From the sequence record OK040907: a DNA stretch of 64,000 nt; one strand, given 5' to 3'. This document shows positions 19,011 to 28,629 of this stretch, piece by piece. Each line of letters opens with the position of its first letter. The first letter of the stretch is position 1. The notes under the pieces were generated by a model. That model was not told the DNA's origin. It made no database searches and saw only the letters and a list, made by a program, of their open reading frames with translations. The position numbers and the translations under genes were made by a program. The stretch comes from Enterobacteria phage Ac3.

Positions 19011-21107
19011 TTATCCTTGAACGAACTTGTAAGGCATGTTTGTAATATCTATGCAAGACGCAATAATTCCAAGAGATGATTCTACTTTCTGTTTAACGTT
19101 TGATGAAACAAATGATGCAAAGTCAACTCTGTCTTCTATTTCAGTATCACCTGTCATTGCAACTACTTCACCGGTTTCCATTAAATGGTCTCCGTCATAG
19201 ATTACCGATTCGGTGAGCTCTTCCGTGGTCATAACTTCAGCTTGAATGAGTTTTGTATTATTAGATGTTGTTCCGTCATTATTAGAAGCATCAGTTATTT
19301 TATTAACTTTGACCATCAATCCACGCGGTAGAATAACTTCAGCTTCTGTTGCTATTCCGAGACTTCCTGGATATACAACATTAACTTTATGAGCTCCATC
19401 AATTGCCCATCCTATTTGAACTTTAACGTATTCAGGATTTTCTTTATACGCTCTTATTTCGTTTGGATTAATAGTTATTCCTTCTTCATTTTTATCAACT
19501 GTTAATTCATTGCGAGCTTCTGGTTCTAAAAGACCAATACCAGCATGTGTGATTCCAAAACGTCCAAAAATGATAGGAGTTAAAGAAGTAGATACAAAAT
19601 TTCTGAAGTAGAACACTTTATTTTTAACTAACGCTTCATATATAGGAGCAGTCATACTTTGAGCACGATAAACTGTAATGCCTTCTGGTATACGGTCACC
19701 ATTTTCAAAAGCTGAATCTAAGTTATTTATAGCAGATTCAATTTCTTTTTCACTCATTACATCATATCGTTCTGGATTGTAACGACCTAAAAGAAGATTA
19801 TTGATGTCAGTATATCCTGAACCACAATATTCTCTAATGCCACGCTTTTGTGATGGAGTATATTTAGAACCATCGCGGGCAATAGTAATATCAATCATTG
19901 GACCAGCACCAATTCCAGAAAAACTGTAAATCATTCGTTTGAGGAATTTAGTTTTTGCTGCGTTCCAGGAATTTTTAGTTATTTCTTCCCAGACTTCATC
20001 TGGTTGTCCTTTACGATTTTTATTATGATTAGCAAGCCATTTATCTTTATAATCTTCAAAGAATTGATTTACAGCTGCTGCGTATTTCTCTAAACATTTT
20101 ATTGAAGTAGTTGGTTCATTTTTAATTGCATTAAAAATTACTTCTTTAATTTTTTCTGAAACTTCACCGACTTGACTCATTGGAAAGAATTTATAATCAT
20201 AGTGAAGTTCATCTGCCGTTCCTTCAGCAATAATTTTTGCTGCCTTTGTTTTAGAAGCTAATGAATTAATTCCAATTTTCATTTCTTCTGCTTCGGGAAT
20301 TAAAGGTGCAGTAGCTGGTTTATTAAAATTAGCTGCTGTAGATTCATACTTCTGGAATAATTCACTTTCAAATCTAGAAGATTCCAATGACTGACTTTGT
20401 GCAATTGCTCTACGGGAAATTTTAACTTTAACGATTACGGCTTGGTCAGAACGTTTATCATTTTCTTGTGCAATAGATGCAGCAATTGCCTCATTTTTGG
20501 TTACTTGAGCTCCAGTATCTTTATTGATATAAACATCACCGACCTTCGATTCAACTTTAGTAAAGAGCTCGGTGCTAATTTCTGGAACTCCTGGAATGTC
20601 TTCTAGTGATACATTTTTACGATGTATAAGAATATATGCATACTTTTTATCGTAATCCCAGAGTTCCTTAAGAAGGACGTATCTGCCACCTGAACGACTG
20701 CGGATGAGTCTATCAGCAATAAGTTGAATTTGTCGAGCTTGACCTGCGGTTTTAGACTTAAGAATACGAAGCATGCAGGCATCAATTTTATATTGACGCA
20801 TTGTTTGCATTGCAACAGTAAAAACTGAATTGATATAATTAATCGGGCTTGGACCAAGACCTTTTAATTTAGCAATTGAACCTTTAGCAGTTAATGTAAA
20901 AGGAACAATATGCATCATTTTATCGCCCATCTTTAAATCACGATTAGTATCACCTCCAGATGTATAGGTACATAAACGAAAGCCTGGTTGTTCAATTGCA
21001 TCATCAACATGAACTGAAAAAATTTGTGGTATTTTCTTCTTTGGATTTAAGTTTGTAATCGGAAGAGTAGTATCTTCGTCAAATAATTCTGTAATGAGTT
21101 CCATCAT
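19011..21107 (-). CDS. alt: Alt-like ADP-ribosyltransferase, paralog 1
   Basis: 698-aa ORF; N-terminus MMELITELFDEDTTLPITNLNPKKKIPQIF; motifs YRAQ, FVSTS, EAEVILPRG; late promoter upstream; adjacent to gene 30 as T4 alt. Confidence 0.88.
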   Translation of the reverse strand: MMELITELFDEDTTLPITNLNPKKKIPQIFSVHVDDAIEQPGFRLCTYTSGGDTNRDLKMGDKMMHIVPFTLTAKGSIAKLKGLGPSPINYINSVFTVAMQTMRQYKIDACMLRILKSKTAGQARQIQLIADRLIRSRSGGRYVLLKELWDYDKKYAYILIHRKNVSLEDIPGVPEISTELFTKVESKVGDVYINKDTGAQVTKNEAIAASIAQENDKRSDQAVIVKVKISRRAIAQSQSLESSRFESELFQKYESTAANFNKPATAPLIPEAEEMKIGINSLASKTKAAKIIAEGTADELHYDYKFFPMSQVGEVSEKIKEVIFNAIKNEPTTSIKCLEKYAAAVNQFFEDYKDKWLANHNKNRKGQPDEVWEEITKNSWNAAKTKFLKRMIYSFSGIGAGPMIDITIARDGSKYTPSQKRGIREYCGSGYTDINNLLLGRYNPERYDVMSEKEIESAINNLDSAFENGDRIPEGITVYRAQSMTAPIYEALVKNKVFYFRNFVSTSLTPIIFGRFGITHAGIGLLEPEARNELTVDKNEEGITINPNEIRAYKENPEYVKVQIGWAIDGAHKVNVVYPGSLGIATEAEVILPRGLMVKVNKITDASNNDGTTSNNTKLIQAEVMTTEELTESVIYDGDHLMETGEVVAMTGDTEIEDRVDFASFVSSNVKQKVESSLGIIASCIDITNMPYKFVQG

Positions 21108-21127
21108 ATCCTCTCTAGTGTTTATTC

Positions 21128-21135
21128 TATTTATA
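21128..21135 (-). promoter_or_regulatory. T4-type late promoter TATAAATA (minus strand) upstream of alt
   Basis: reverse complement of TATTTATA about 20 nt upstream of the alt start. Confidence 0.6.
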
Positions 21136-21156
21136 AAATTAAAGGCCCGAAGGCCT

Positions 21157-21345
21157 TTAATAATCTATTGGTAATAGAGTACGATATATTTCAAACTTTG
21201 GACCTTTTTCATAAGCATCAAAAGTTTCTGTGAATTTATTATAAGCATATGCATCTATAAATTCAATCATGATTTGCGATACAGAAGTAGAAACATCTCC
21301 ACCTTCTTTTTGAGCCACGACAATTGTTTCTAAGTAAGCTTTCAT
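21157..21345 (-). CDS. small hypothetical protein between gene 30 and alt
   Basis: 62-aa ORF with stop/start overlap to gene 30. Confidence 0.5.
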   Translation of the reverse strand: MKAYLETIVVAQKEGGDVSTSVSQIMIEFIDAYAYNKFTETFDAYEKGPKFEIYRTLLPIDY

Positions 21346-22805
21346 AAACCAGTTACCTCATGAAAATCGCCAAATACATCTTCGAACGTATTAGCTTTAG
21401 TTTTATCTTCACGTAAACGAATCGCAATTGGAAGAAATAATTTAACGTAATCGGTGCGGCCATCAGATTTTAACCAACCGTTGCATTCGCACTCTAGAAT
21501 TTTTCCAATATAATAATTTTGGTTTTCCATAATGCGAGTACGGTCAAGTTCATGCGATTTTACACCAGCTTTATCTTTTAAGCCTGAACCAGCATTTACT
21601 TTAATTTTTCCACACTCTGACTCAAGAATAAATCCACCCGCTTTAGTAGGGTCTTTACGGTGAGGATAAATTCCTACAATTTTTAAATCAACATCAATTA
21701 CTTCTTTAAATTTATAAAGATTTTTTGAACGAGCATTTTCCCATAATCCATCGATATTTTTGAGAATAATACCTTCAAGACCTTGGTCAATATACTTTTT
21801 GTAAATTACCTTAGCTTCATCTAGGTTATTTACTACTTGGTTTTCAATTAAAATTACTTTATCATAGCCTGATGTCATTTGTTCTAGTTTAGAAAAACGT
21901 ACATCATATTTTAAACGAAACGCTGGAAGACCATATATTTCTACTAATGGAACATAGTCCCAGACCTGAAACTTCATGCATTGTGCTTCTTTTTCAGAAA
22001 TGGTTCCCTTTAAAGATTTATTAGCGATTCCATTAGAAGTAGTACGTGATTCAGCTACTTCGGCGAATTCTTTAGCTTTACTAATTTCAGGATAAGCATC
22101 AAAAAGAAAATCTAGGCCTTCTGGTTCCTTTTCAACTTGCTCATGGTATACCAATTCGCCATCAATTAACACACCTTCTGGATGAATCTGGCGAGCTTCT
22201 GCAGTCATTTTGATTAACTCTTCCTTGAGAAGATCTAATCCTAGATATTCATTACCAGCTCGTGATAAAAGACGAACATCATCTAATTCATCACCTCTGA
22301 CTTCAGCAAAGCACCGAGCTCCATCAGCTTTTAATTGGGCAAAGGCTGGAAATTTGATATTCTTATTAATGCCTTTTTCATCATAAGAACTTGCCAGCAT
22401 TTGAGGTTGTTCAGGAATTAAACCTGGCCAAACTTTGTTTGCAATAGATACTGATGCACCGCATTCAAGGTCTCGCATCATCACCCGACGCAAAACTTCA
22501 ACATCATCTTTTTTACCGTCAGCAATATATCCAGTTAATTCCTCAATTGCCGCATTTCCGGTCAATTTCCGAGTAGCTAACGTGAATTCAATGAAGTCAA
22601 GCATATCGGTAAGAGTCAACATTCCAAAACTCTGGGTAGCAATACCAGGTTTAGGCCATTTCTTGATATAATACTGTAACCCACGAGAATAAGTCAGACG
22701 ATATACTCGTTTAAGCAATTCATTATCTTTATTCTTTTCAAGAATTGCTTGCTTCTGCTTAGTTGAACCAATAGATGCTATTTCGTTCAGAATTTTAAGA
22801 ATCAT
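21342..22805 (-). CDS. 30: ATP-dependent DNA ligase gp30
   Basis: 487-aa ORF (T4 length); adenylation motif KADGARC (KxDG). Confidence 0.93.
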   Translation of the reverse strand: MILKILNEIASIGSTKQKQAILEKNKDNELLKRVYRLTYSRGLQYYIKKWPKPGIATQSFGMLTLTDMLDFIEFTLATRKLTGNAAIEELTGYIADGKKDDVEVLRRVMMRDLECGASVSIANKVWPGLIPEQPQMLASSYDEKGINKNIKFPAFAQLKADGARCFAEVRGDELDDVRLLSRAGNEYLGLDLLKEELIKMTAEARQIHPEGVLIDGELVYHEQVEKEPEGLDFLFDAYPEISKAKEFAEVAESRTTSNGIANKSLKGTISEKEAQCMKFQVWDYVPLVEIYGLPAFRLKYDVRFSKLEQMTSGYDKVILIENQVVNNLDEAKVIYKKYIDQGLEGIILKNIDGLWENARSKNLYKFKEVIDVDLKIVGIYPHRKDPTKAGGFILESECGKIKVNAGSGLKDKAGVKSHELDRTRIMENQNYYIGKILECECNGWLKSDGRTDYVKLFLPIAIRLREDKTKANTFEDVFGDFHEVTGL

Positions 22806-23071
22806 TGTTCATCCTTTAGAGTTTGGTTTACAGCTCTATTATAAATCAATTCATCATTAAGCTCAGTCAAAGACCTGTGGTACGTGGTTCTAACTTTATT
22901 TCCTTGCATCCAGTGCTTGACGTAAATGAAACCTTGCTCTACACATTTTTTAAAAATTCGTTCGTCTTTTTGAGCTCGAAATTCTGGATTGCATCTAAAA
23001 AATTGATTTACGTGACCGTAATCACGTGTAGTATTACCTTCATTTTCATAAATAGTGTGAACGACAAACAT
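22802..23071 (-). CDS. hypothetical protein (gene 30.x cluster)
   Basis: 89-aa ORF with overlapping stop/start. Confidence 0.55.
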   Translation of the reverse strand: MFVVHTIYENEGNTTRDYGHVNQFFRCNPEFRAQKDERIFKKCVEQGFIYVKHWMQGNKVRTTYHRSLTELNDELIYNRAVNQTLKDEQ

Positions 23072-23907
23072 TAGAATGCTCCTTGGAAAATATTATCACC
23101 ACCAGTAGGTCTATTATACAAATACTCTATGCCACCAGGTTTAATATAGTTCCATGTCTGAAACGGATGTGTCTGATATGGATGATATAGATTATAAGGA
23201 TTAAATCCAGGAGTTCTCCAGGTAGTGTTCCAAGGAAAAGAATCATTTTTAATCATCTTTTCAATTACATCTTTTATAGCTTTTTCACTATCAAAACTTT
23301 CTTTATTTTCCTTCGATGGAAAAAGCTTATTCTCTACATCATTCCATGTATAAACTCGCTGCGCAGTTTTTGGAATACTGTCACGCTCTCCTCGAGCCAT
23401 CCAATAAACAGGAACATTTAATATTTCACTCGCGTGATCGCAGTGGTGAGCGAGATCGTCAATATAACAAATTACGTTATATTTCTCTTTTGCCTTTTTG
23501 AACAACTCTTCTTTTGAAGAATCATGACCACACATCAATACTTCTGAGAAGGCACCAGGAAAAAGAGCATTCAAATTAAATTGACGATTTAGCAGAGCGT
23601 CAATAGAATCACCCAATGCTGTAACAGCTACAAAATTATAATCTTCTTTTAATTTGTTAATTACACACAGGGCATCTTTATACGGAGACAAGTAACGAAT
23701 AAAATCTGAACGATTGTATTTTTCAATTAACTTGACACCAAGTTCTTCATCGCAATTAAAGAGCTTACCAGGAGAAATAAATTTTTCGTCCTGAATCATT
23801 TTTAAAATATGTTCCAACGGAAGATTATATTTTTGAGCAAAATAAGGAAGACCTGATTGCCAGCTTAAACATACACCATCAATATCAGTCAAAATAGTAG
23901 GCTTCAT
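23071..23907 (-). CDS. HAD-like hydrolase family protein (gene 30.x cluster)
   Basis: 278-aa ORF; N-terminal LTDIDGV resembles HAD motif I (DxDG). Confidence 0.55.
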   Translation of the reverse strand: MKPTILTDIDGVCLSWQSGLPYFAQKYNLPLEHILKMIQDEKFISPGKLFNCDEELGVKLIEKYNRSDFIRYLSPYKDALCVINKLKEDYNFVAVTALGDSIDALLNRQFNLNALFPGAFSEVLMCGHDSSKEELFKKAKEKYNVICYIDDLAHHCDHASEILNVPVYWMARGERDSIPKTAQRVYTWNDVENKLFPSKENKESFDSEKAIKDVIEKMIKNDSFPWNTTWRTPGFNPYNLYHPYQTHPFQTWNYIKPGGIEYLYNRPTGGDNIFQGAF

Positions 23908-24368
23908 AGAGAGTCTCTTAATAGGTTTAACACATCAATAAATTCAGCTTCGGTTAGTATTGTATCATCTTTTGTTAGACTACTAGCCATGCTGTGCTTC
24001 AAAACTTTTCCTTTCGAGGCTTGTAATGCATCACGAAAGCCCTTGTTTTGAATCGCTGCCTCAAAATACGCATTTGTGTATAATTCTTTCCACGCTGGAG
24101 AGTATCTTGAAAACGGAACTCCGAGCCAGAAGAGGGTCCCACGGTCCTGAGCTCTAGCATAAGACCTTCCAGCTTGTTGGGCGGCAAGCCCGGATAACCC
24201 AAATACACGACGTTGCTGTTCAACATTTTTCACCTTACATCCTTGGAGAAATCCTTCAAGACCTCCAAATTGGATACCATCCATAACAAAAGGCCATTGG
24301 GCGAAATTACTTAATGCACACGATGGCCATCTAAAATTGCTTCTAATCTCTAACTCAGACATTTTCAA
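23904..24368 (-). CDS. YbiA/NADAR-like protein (gene 30.x cluster)
   Basis: 154-aa ORF; LSNFAQWPFVMDGIQF…GFLQGCK pattern resembles the YbiA/DUF1768 (NADAR) signature. Confidence 0.5.
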   Translation of the reverse strand: MKMSELEIRSNFRWPSCALSNFAQWPFVMDGIQFGGLEGFLQGCKVKNVEQQRRVFGLSGLAAQQAGRSYARAQDRGTLFWLGVPFSRYSPAWKELYTNAYFEAAIQNKGFRDALQASKGKVLKHSMASSLTKDDTILTEAEFIDVLNLLRDSL

Positions 24369-24561
24369 TACTTATAATTTCAACATCAGCCCAATGACCA
24401 TAGCAAGGAAGACGAAATTCAACTGGCCAGTTAGGGTCCTTTTCTAATATAATAGACTTAACTTGTGGTTCTTCATGTTCATCAGTATATGGATTTTTAT
24501 CTGTTACTTTATATGTGACCTTAATGTACTGAATTCCAAAAATCTTATTAATTATATTCAT
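24355..24561 (-). CDS. hypothetical protein (gene 30.x cluster)
   Basis: 68-aa ORF, tightly packed. Confidence 0.5.
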   Translation of the reverse strand: MNIINKIFGIQYIKVTYKVTDKNPYTDEHEEPQVKSIILEKDPNWPVEFRLPCYGHWADVEIISIENV

Positions 24562-24755
24562 ACTAATTCCTTTAATCCGTAAATAGGAGATAATTCATCA
24601 CCCATACGAAGGTCTTCATTTCCATCTACCCAGGAAACAATATAAGCCTCTTTTATTTGAACACCACTCCATTTAAATGGAGGTAGAACCTTAGAAATTA
24701 ATCCAGGTATACCAACTCCCTTTAATTCAACAGTTTGACCTAAAAAGAATTTCAT
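24558..24755 (-). CDS. hypothetical protein (gene 30.x cluster)
   Basis: 65-aa ORF, tightly packed. Confidence 0.5.
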   Translation of the reverse strand: MKFFLGQTVELKGVGIPGLISKVLPPFKWSGVQIKEAYIVSWVDGNEDLRMGDELSPIYGLKELV

Positions 24756-25042
24756 TAAAACCTCATCTGAAAACCATGCGATTTAACATTACCACCGCCA
24801 ATATCAGAAATGTTAATTTCACTCGCAATTGAAGGGTCAATGTCAATTTCGCGATTGAGTTTAGTGATAGCTAAAGTATCGTGCCCATTTACTGTACGGA
24901 ACTCTAGAGGACAAACCACATCAACGTAGTTTTTAATCGATTCACTGGTAGGCTGCAAATGAGCAGGAAGGTCTTTAGGCGCCTTTGAGAAAACAACTTC
25001 ACAGAAATTTTTGCGGGTATCAAAATAAGTAGTCATAAACAT
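24755..25042 (-). CDS. hypothetical protein (gene 30.x cluster)
   Basis: ORF track 24755..25093; start moved to internal ATG (MFMTTYFD) preceded by GAGGAAAA; hairpin GGGGC-CGAA-GCCCC lies just upstream. Confidence 0.5.
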   Translation of the reverse strand: MFMTTYFDTRKNFCEVVFSKAPKDLPAHLQPTSESIKNYVDVVCPLEFRTVNGHDTLAITKLNREIDIDPSIASEINISDIGGGNVKSHGFQMRF

Positions 25043-25082
25043 AGTATTTTCCTCAGTAAGGGGCCGAAGCCCCTGTTTTATT

Positions 25083-25448
25083 TTAAATATCAAATTCGTT
25101 AAGAACTACATCAAAGATTGCTTCAAGATGCTCAGGTTTAGCTCTGTTACTCAAAATATGACGAATCCAAGTTTTAACCAGAAGCTTACGATTAGCGCCA
25201 TTCCAGCAAGGATGGGTCCCTAAATCGCGTTGACGAAAATCATCATCCAGAGCGATTTTGAAGTTTGAACCTTCCATTGTGATTGAAACCGTGATGCCAT
25301 TTTCAAATCGCATATAAACGTAATTAGGAGTCATATACTGTTCAATTTCGCATACTGATCCATTTTGATGTTTCCAAAGGCAAATAGTATCAATAGAACC
25401 TGCAATACCATTAGAAACATATTTACGTTCAAAGTTGATGTAGTTCAT
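25083..25448 (-). CDS. hypothetical protein (gene 30.x cluster)
   Basis: 121-aa ORF downstream of an early promoter. Confidence 0.55.
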   Translation of the reverse strand: MNYINFERKYVSNGIAGSIDTICLWKHQNGSVCEIEQYMTPNYVYMRFENGITVSITMEGSNFKIALDDDFRQRDLGTHPCWNGANRKLLVKTWIRHILSNRAKPEHLEAIFDVVLNEFDI

Positions 25449-25485
25449 TTTTATTCTCCGAGATGTTTAATTGCGGTACAGGTAT

Positions 25486-25514
25486 ATAATATCATATCCT
25501 GTACCAAAGTAAAC
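25486..25514 (-). promoter_or_regulatory. T4-type early promoter (GTTTAC, 17-nt spacer, TATTAT)
   Basis: minus strand GTTTACtttggtacaggatatgaTATTATATA upstream of the 121-aa ORF. Confidence 0.6.
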
Positions 25515-25516
25515 AA

Positions 25517-25849
25517 TTATTTTACTACTTTCCAGTGCTTCATGTCAAGTTTACCAACTTTTTTCATCTTCTCAATCAAACGTTCGGCACGTTGGCGAGC
25601 TGTAACATAATACCATTCGCCTAATTCATTTTGTTCAATTTTTCCAACGATTACTGTATTCAATTCATAAATCCAACCAGTAAAGAAATTATGAACTTGA
25701 ATTGTAAAGGTGAAATCTGTTCCCATACCTTCTGTTGTTTCTACTTCAATAATATCACCTTCAACTGCCATTAAGAACCACATAGTTTCATCATATTTAC
25801 CATTGAAGCATTTAGTCTTAACTGCAGCGTTCAGATTAATCGTTTTCAT
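25517..25849 (-). CDS. hypothetical protein (gene 30.x cluster)
   Basis: 110-aa ORF. Confidence 0.55.
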   Translation of the reverse strand: MKTINLNAAVKTKCFNGKYDETMWFLMAVEGDIIEVETTEGMGTDFTFTIQVHNFFTGWIYELNTVIVGKIEQNELGEWYYVTARQRAERLIEKMKKVGKLDMKHWKVVK

Positions 25850-25959
25850 TTTATTCTCCTTTGTTTGTGTAAGATAATACTATCACAAAGGAACCATATT
25901 GTAAACAACTTTGTGTAATCTTTGGAAAATAAAAAAGGACTCCCGAAGGAGTCCTCAAC

Positions 25960-26178
25960 TTATGCTTTCTGCTTACCAAAACGAGAAGCATCATCTCGAA
26001 GAACCGCACGTGCTCGGCGCATGATCTTCTCAACAGTTTGATTGATACGAGAGTTCGACCCACGCTTGTAGCCAGCGCGTTTAGAATCACCAACTTTCTT
26101 TTCAACTGCTTTCTTTGCTTTAGCTTGTTTTGCCATTATAAATTCTCTTTTAAATGAAAATGCAGGACTTATTGGCAT
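25960..26178 (-). CDS. small highly basic protein (gene 30.x cluster)
   Basis: 72-aa ORF MAKQAKAKKAVEKKVGDSKRAGYKRG…, Lys/Arg-rich. Confidence 0.5.
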   Translation of the reverse strand: MPISPAFSFKREFIMAKQAKAKKAVEKKVGDSKRAGYKRGSNSRINQTVEKIMRRARAVLRDDASRFGKQKA

Positions 26179-26379
26179 TGCCTGCGCAAGCCCTCAAGGG
26201 GAACATAGGTTTTGGATATTTAACGACAGGATAACCATAAACCCGTCATCATTCACATTCAAGAGGTACACCATAAAACTGCCGGGGTCTTAAAACTATA
26301 ATGATTCGCAAATCATTAATCAGACAGTTCGATGGCTCCTCGATTTTAGCTCACACTAAGGCAGTGAATCTCCAATAAA

Positions 26380-26628
26380 TTACTTCAGTGTTACCACAAA
26401 GTGACGAACTGCTTTTCGTGCAGCAGAAGCCAGAGGCTTAGCATACTTAAGTTCATCTTTTTCCTGAAGCTCAGCAGCTAATGCAGTTTGAGCAGGATTC
26501 AGATGTTTGAAATAACGCAGGATTTCAAGAGCTTCGGCTTCAACATCAATAGATGCGCCATAGTTTTCGTGACCATTATTCCATGCGTTTCGTTGCAGTT
26601 CAAGAGCGTGTTGTAATTGTTTAATCAT
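26380..26628 (-). CDS. rIII: RIII lysis inhibition accessory protein
   Basis: 82-aa ORF (T4 rIII length) between the 30.x cluster and gene 31. Confidence 0.7.
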   Translation of the reverse strand: MIKQLQHALELQRNAWNNGHENYGASIDVEAEALEILRYFKHLNPAQTALAAELQEKDELKYAKPLASAARKAVRHFVVTLK

Positions 26629-26775
26629 TTAAAAATTCTCGTTAGAGATTAAAACTCGGTAGTCACGTTCTTCTGAATTTCATCTTCTTTCGACAGATCT
26701 CTCAGTTGTAGACTACCACATAGAATTGTTCGGTTAACTTATTATTCCGACACCCAATTCATATTATTATTTATA

Positions 26776-27111
26776 TCACTTATAAAGACACGGAATAGCT
26801 TTATAGTGACAAGTAACGAATTTTTGTTTAATTTCTTTTGGCTGCTTAAGACCCAGAGCTACAAAAGGATGCGGAACATTTCGAATTTGACCAACTGGAA
26901 GAGAAGTCAAATCACCAACTTCGCAAAAACCTTCAGGAACATCAGGACCAACAGAGTGAACTACACACAGTTCAGGAACTTCACCTTGAACACGTTTACC
27001 GATAATAAGTCCTGATTCTGTAACTTCTTCATCACCGGCTTGTGCGGGTTCAGAAACTAAAATAACATATTCACCGACAGCACGAATTGGTAGCTGTTGT
27101 ACTTCAGACAT
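26776..27111 (-). CDS. 31: co-chaperonin gp31 (GroES analogue)
   Basis: 111-aa ORF, T4 gp31 length; N-terminus [29 protein letters not shown]. Confidence 0.9.
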
Positions 27112-27167
27112 CGTTTTTCCTTTTTGTTAACAGATGAATTAATAATAACAAATAATTCTTAAAGCAT

Positions 27168-27476
27168 TTATTTACCAATAAATTGGAGTAAATGCTCAAC
27201 TTTCATACCATTAACAGAAATCAATTTGTCAATAGAAAAACCTCGCCATGCACCAAGTTCAACATCAAATATTGGAATCATGTCAGTAGATTCTTTCCGA
27301 GTCGATTCAGTCAATTTACCAGTTTGCATGGTTGGCATAAAGTCTGCGTCACGAGTACCTTTCATAGTACGAATAGTACCATCAGACTTTTCAAAAACTA
27401 CGTTTGAAACACCCATGGACAGTTTAGTTTTCAAAATTTCACGAATTGCTACTTTTTGTTCAGTCGTCAGTTTCAT
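27168..27476 (-). CDS. hypothetical protein (31.x-like)
   Basis: 102-aa ORF between gene 31 and cd. Confidence 0.55.
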   Translation of the reverse strand: MKLTTEQKVAIREILKTKLSMGVSNVVFEKSDGTIRTMKGTRDADFMPTMQTGKLTESTRKESTDMIPIFDVELGAWRGFSIDKLISVNGMKVEHLLQFIGK

Positions 27477-27713
27477 TTATTTACCTATCACAGTTTTAAT
27501 ATGAGTTGTTCCACGTTCTTTAAGAGTGGAAAGCAATTTTTGGCATTTTTCTAAATCAGATTTCCAACTATATGGTCTATCTATACTAGTCCAATCAGTT
27601 TTATAATACTGCTTCCATTTAGAGAAAAAATATTTCTTATACTCTACAGCAAATGAGATGTTCTCGTTAGAATAAGAACTAATTGCTGTGAGCTTTACCA
27701 AACGAAATTTCAT
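27477..27713 (-). CDS. hypothetical protein (31.x-like)
   Basis: 78-aa ORF between gene 31 and cd. Confidence 0.5.
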   Translation of the reverse strand: MKFRLVKLTAISSYSNENISFAVEYKKYFFSKWKQYYKTDWTSIDRPYSWKSDLEKCQKLLSTLKERGTTHIKTVIGK

Positions 27714-28294
27714 TATTCACCACAGAATTCGTTGATATTTTCCCAGTTTAACTTATTCAAGTTTTTCTTAGGAACATTAAACACTTCAATACCTGCATTT
27801 CGCAGAATATCATCCCAGCCAGGTTTATTTTTATCGTATGTTTCGCAATAAACCAGTTTTTTAATACCAGATTGAGCTATCGCTTTTGCACAATCCGGAC
27901 ATGGAGAAAGTGTTACATACATAGTAGCACCTTCAATAGAAGAACCATTTCGTGCAGCAAACAAAATTGCATTTAGTTCAGCATGAATTTCATTTTTAGA
28001 CGACCATTCAGAGTGAGCGCTCCGGTGTTCTTTTGCCAAGACAAAACGATCAGTTGAACCAAATGATACACATTCGGGCTTATGACCTTGGATGATAGTA
28101 TGTTTAGGTTTATTTAGCAACCAACCTTGCTCAGCAGCATAATCACAACAGTTCACACCCCCTGCGGGGGAACCATTATACCCAGTAGAAATAATACGTC
28201 CATTCTTTTCAATTACTGCTCCTACCTTCCAGGAGCAACATTTTGATTCCTGCGATACTAAATATGCAATTTGAAGTACTGTACTCGCTTTCAT
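27713..28294 (-). CDS. cd: dCMP deaminase
   Basis: 193-aa ORF (T4 Cd length); zinc-ligand motifs HAE and PCxxC (HAELNAILFAA…SPCPDCAKAI). Confidence 0.92.
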   Translation of the reverse strand: MKASTVLQIAYLVSQESKCCSWKVGAVIEKNGRIISTGYNGSPAGGVNCCDYAAEQGWLLNKPKHTIIQGHKPECVSFGSTDRFVLAKEHRSAHSEWSSKNEIHAELNAILFAARNGSSIEGATMYVTLSPCPDCAKAIAQSGIKKLVYCETYDKNKPGWDDILRNAGIEVFNVPKKNLNKLNWENINEFCGE

Positions 28295-28629
28295 TTCATA
28301 ATCACCAGATAAGCAGATTTAGCAGTTTCAACACGATAAATTTCGTGACGAAGTTTAGTTATACTTTTAATAACAGAACTAATTATATTCTGCCCATCTT
28401 TAAAGCGGTTTTTCTTGTCAATAAAAATTGCGCCAATCATCTTTTTGTGAAGCTCAACTGGATACTTCGTCACAATAATAGCATCATATACAGAAGGATG
28501 AATACTATTTACTAGAGTGTCATTCATTAAAGTTATTCTAATGAACTGTGCTGTTTCAGAGTCAAGCGCTCTATGATCGCCAGTATCATTTTCAAGACAA
28601 TTATCAATTATATCAGTTAAATTCATCAT
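28291..28629 (-). CDS. hypothetical protein (cd.x cluster)
   Basis: 112-aa ORF. Confidence 0.5.
   Translation of the reverse strand: MMNLTDIIDNCLENDTGDHRALDSETAQFIRITLMNDTLVNSIHPSVYDAIIVTKYPVELHKKMIGAIFIDKKNRFKDGQNIISSVIKSITKLRHEIYRVETAKSAYLVIMK

Noticed and set aside
25880-25906. Candidate early promoter upstream of the 110-aa ORF at 25517..25849
   Set aside because: GTTTAC is present but the spacer to the best TATTAT is about 21 nt, outside the 17-18 nt seen at the other eight promoters; not called.
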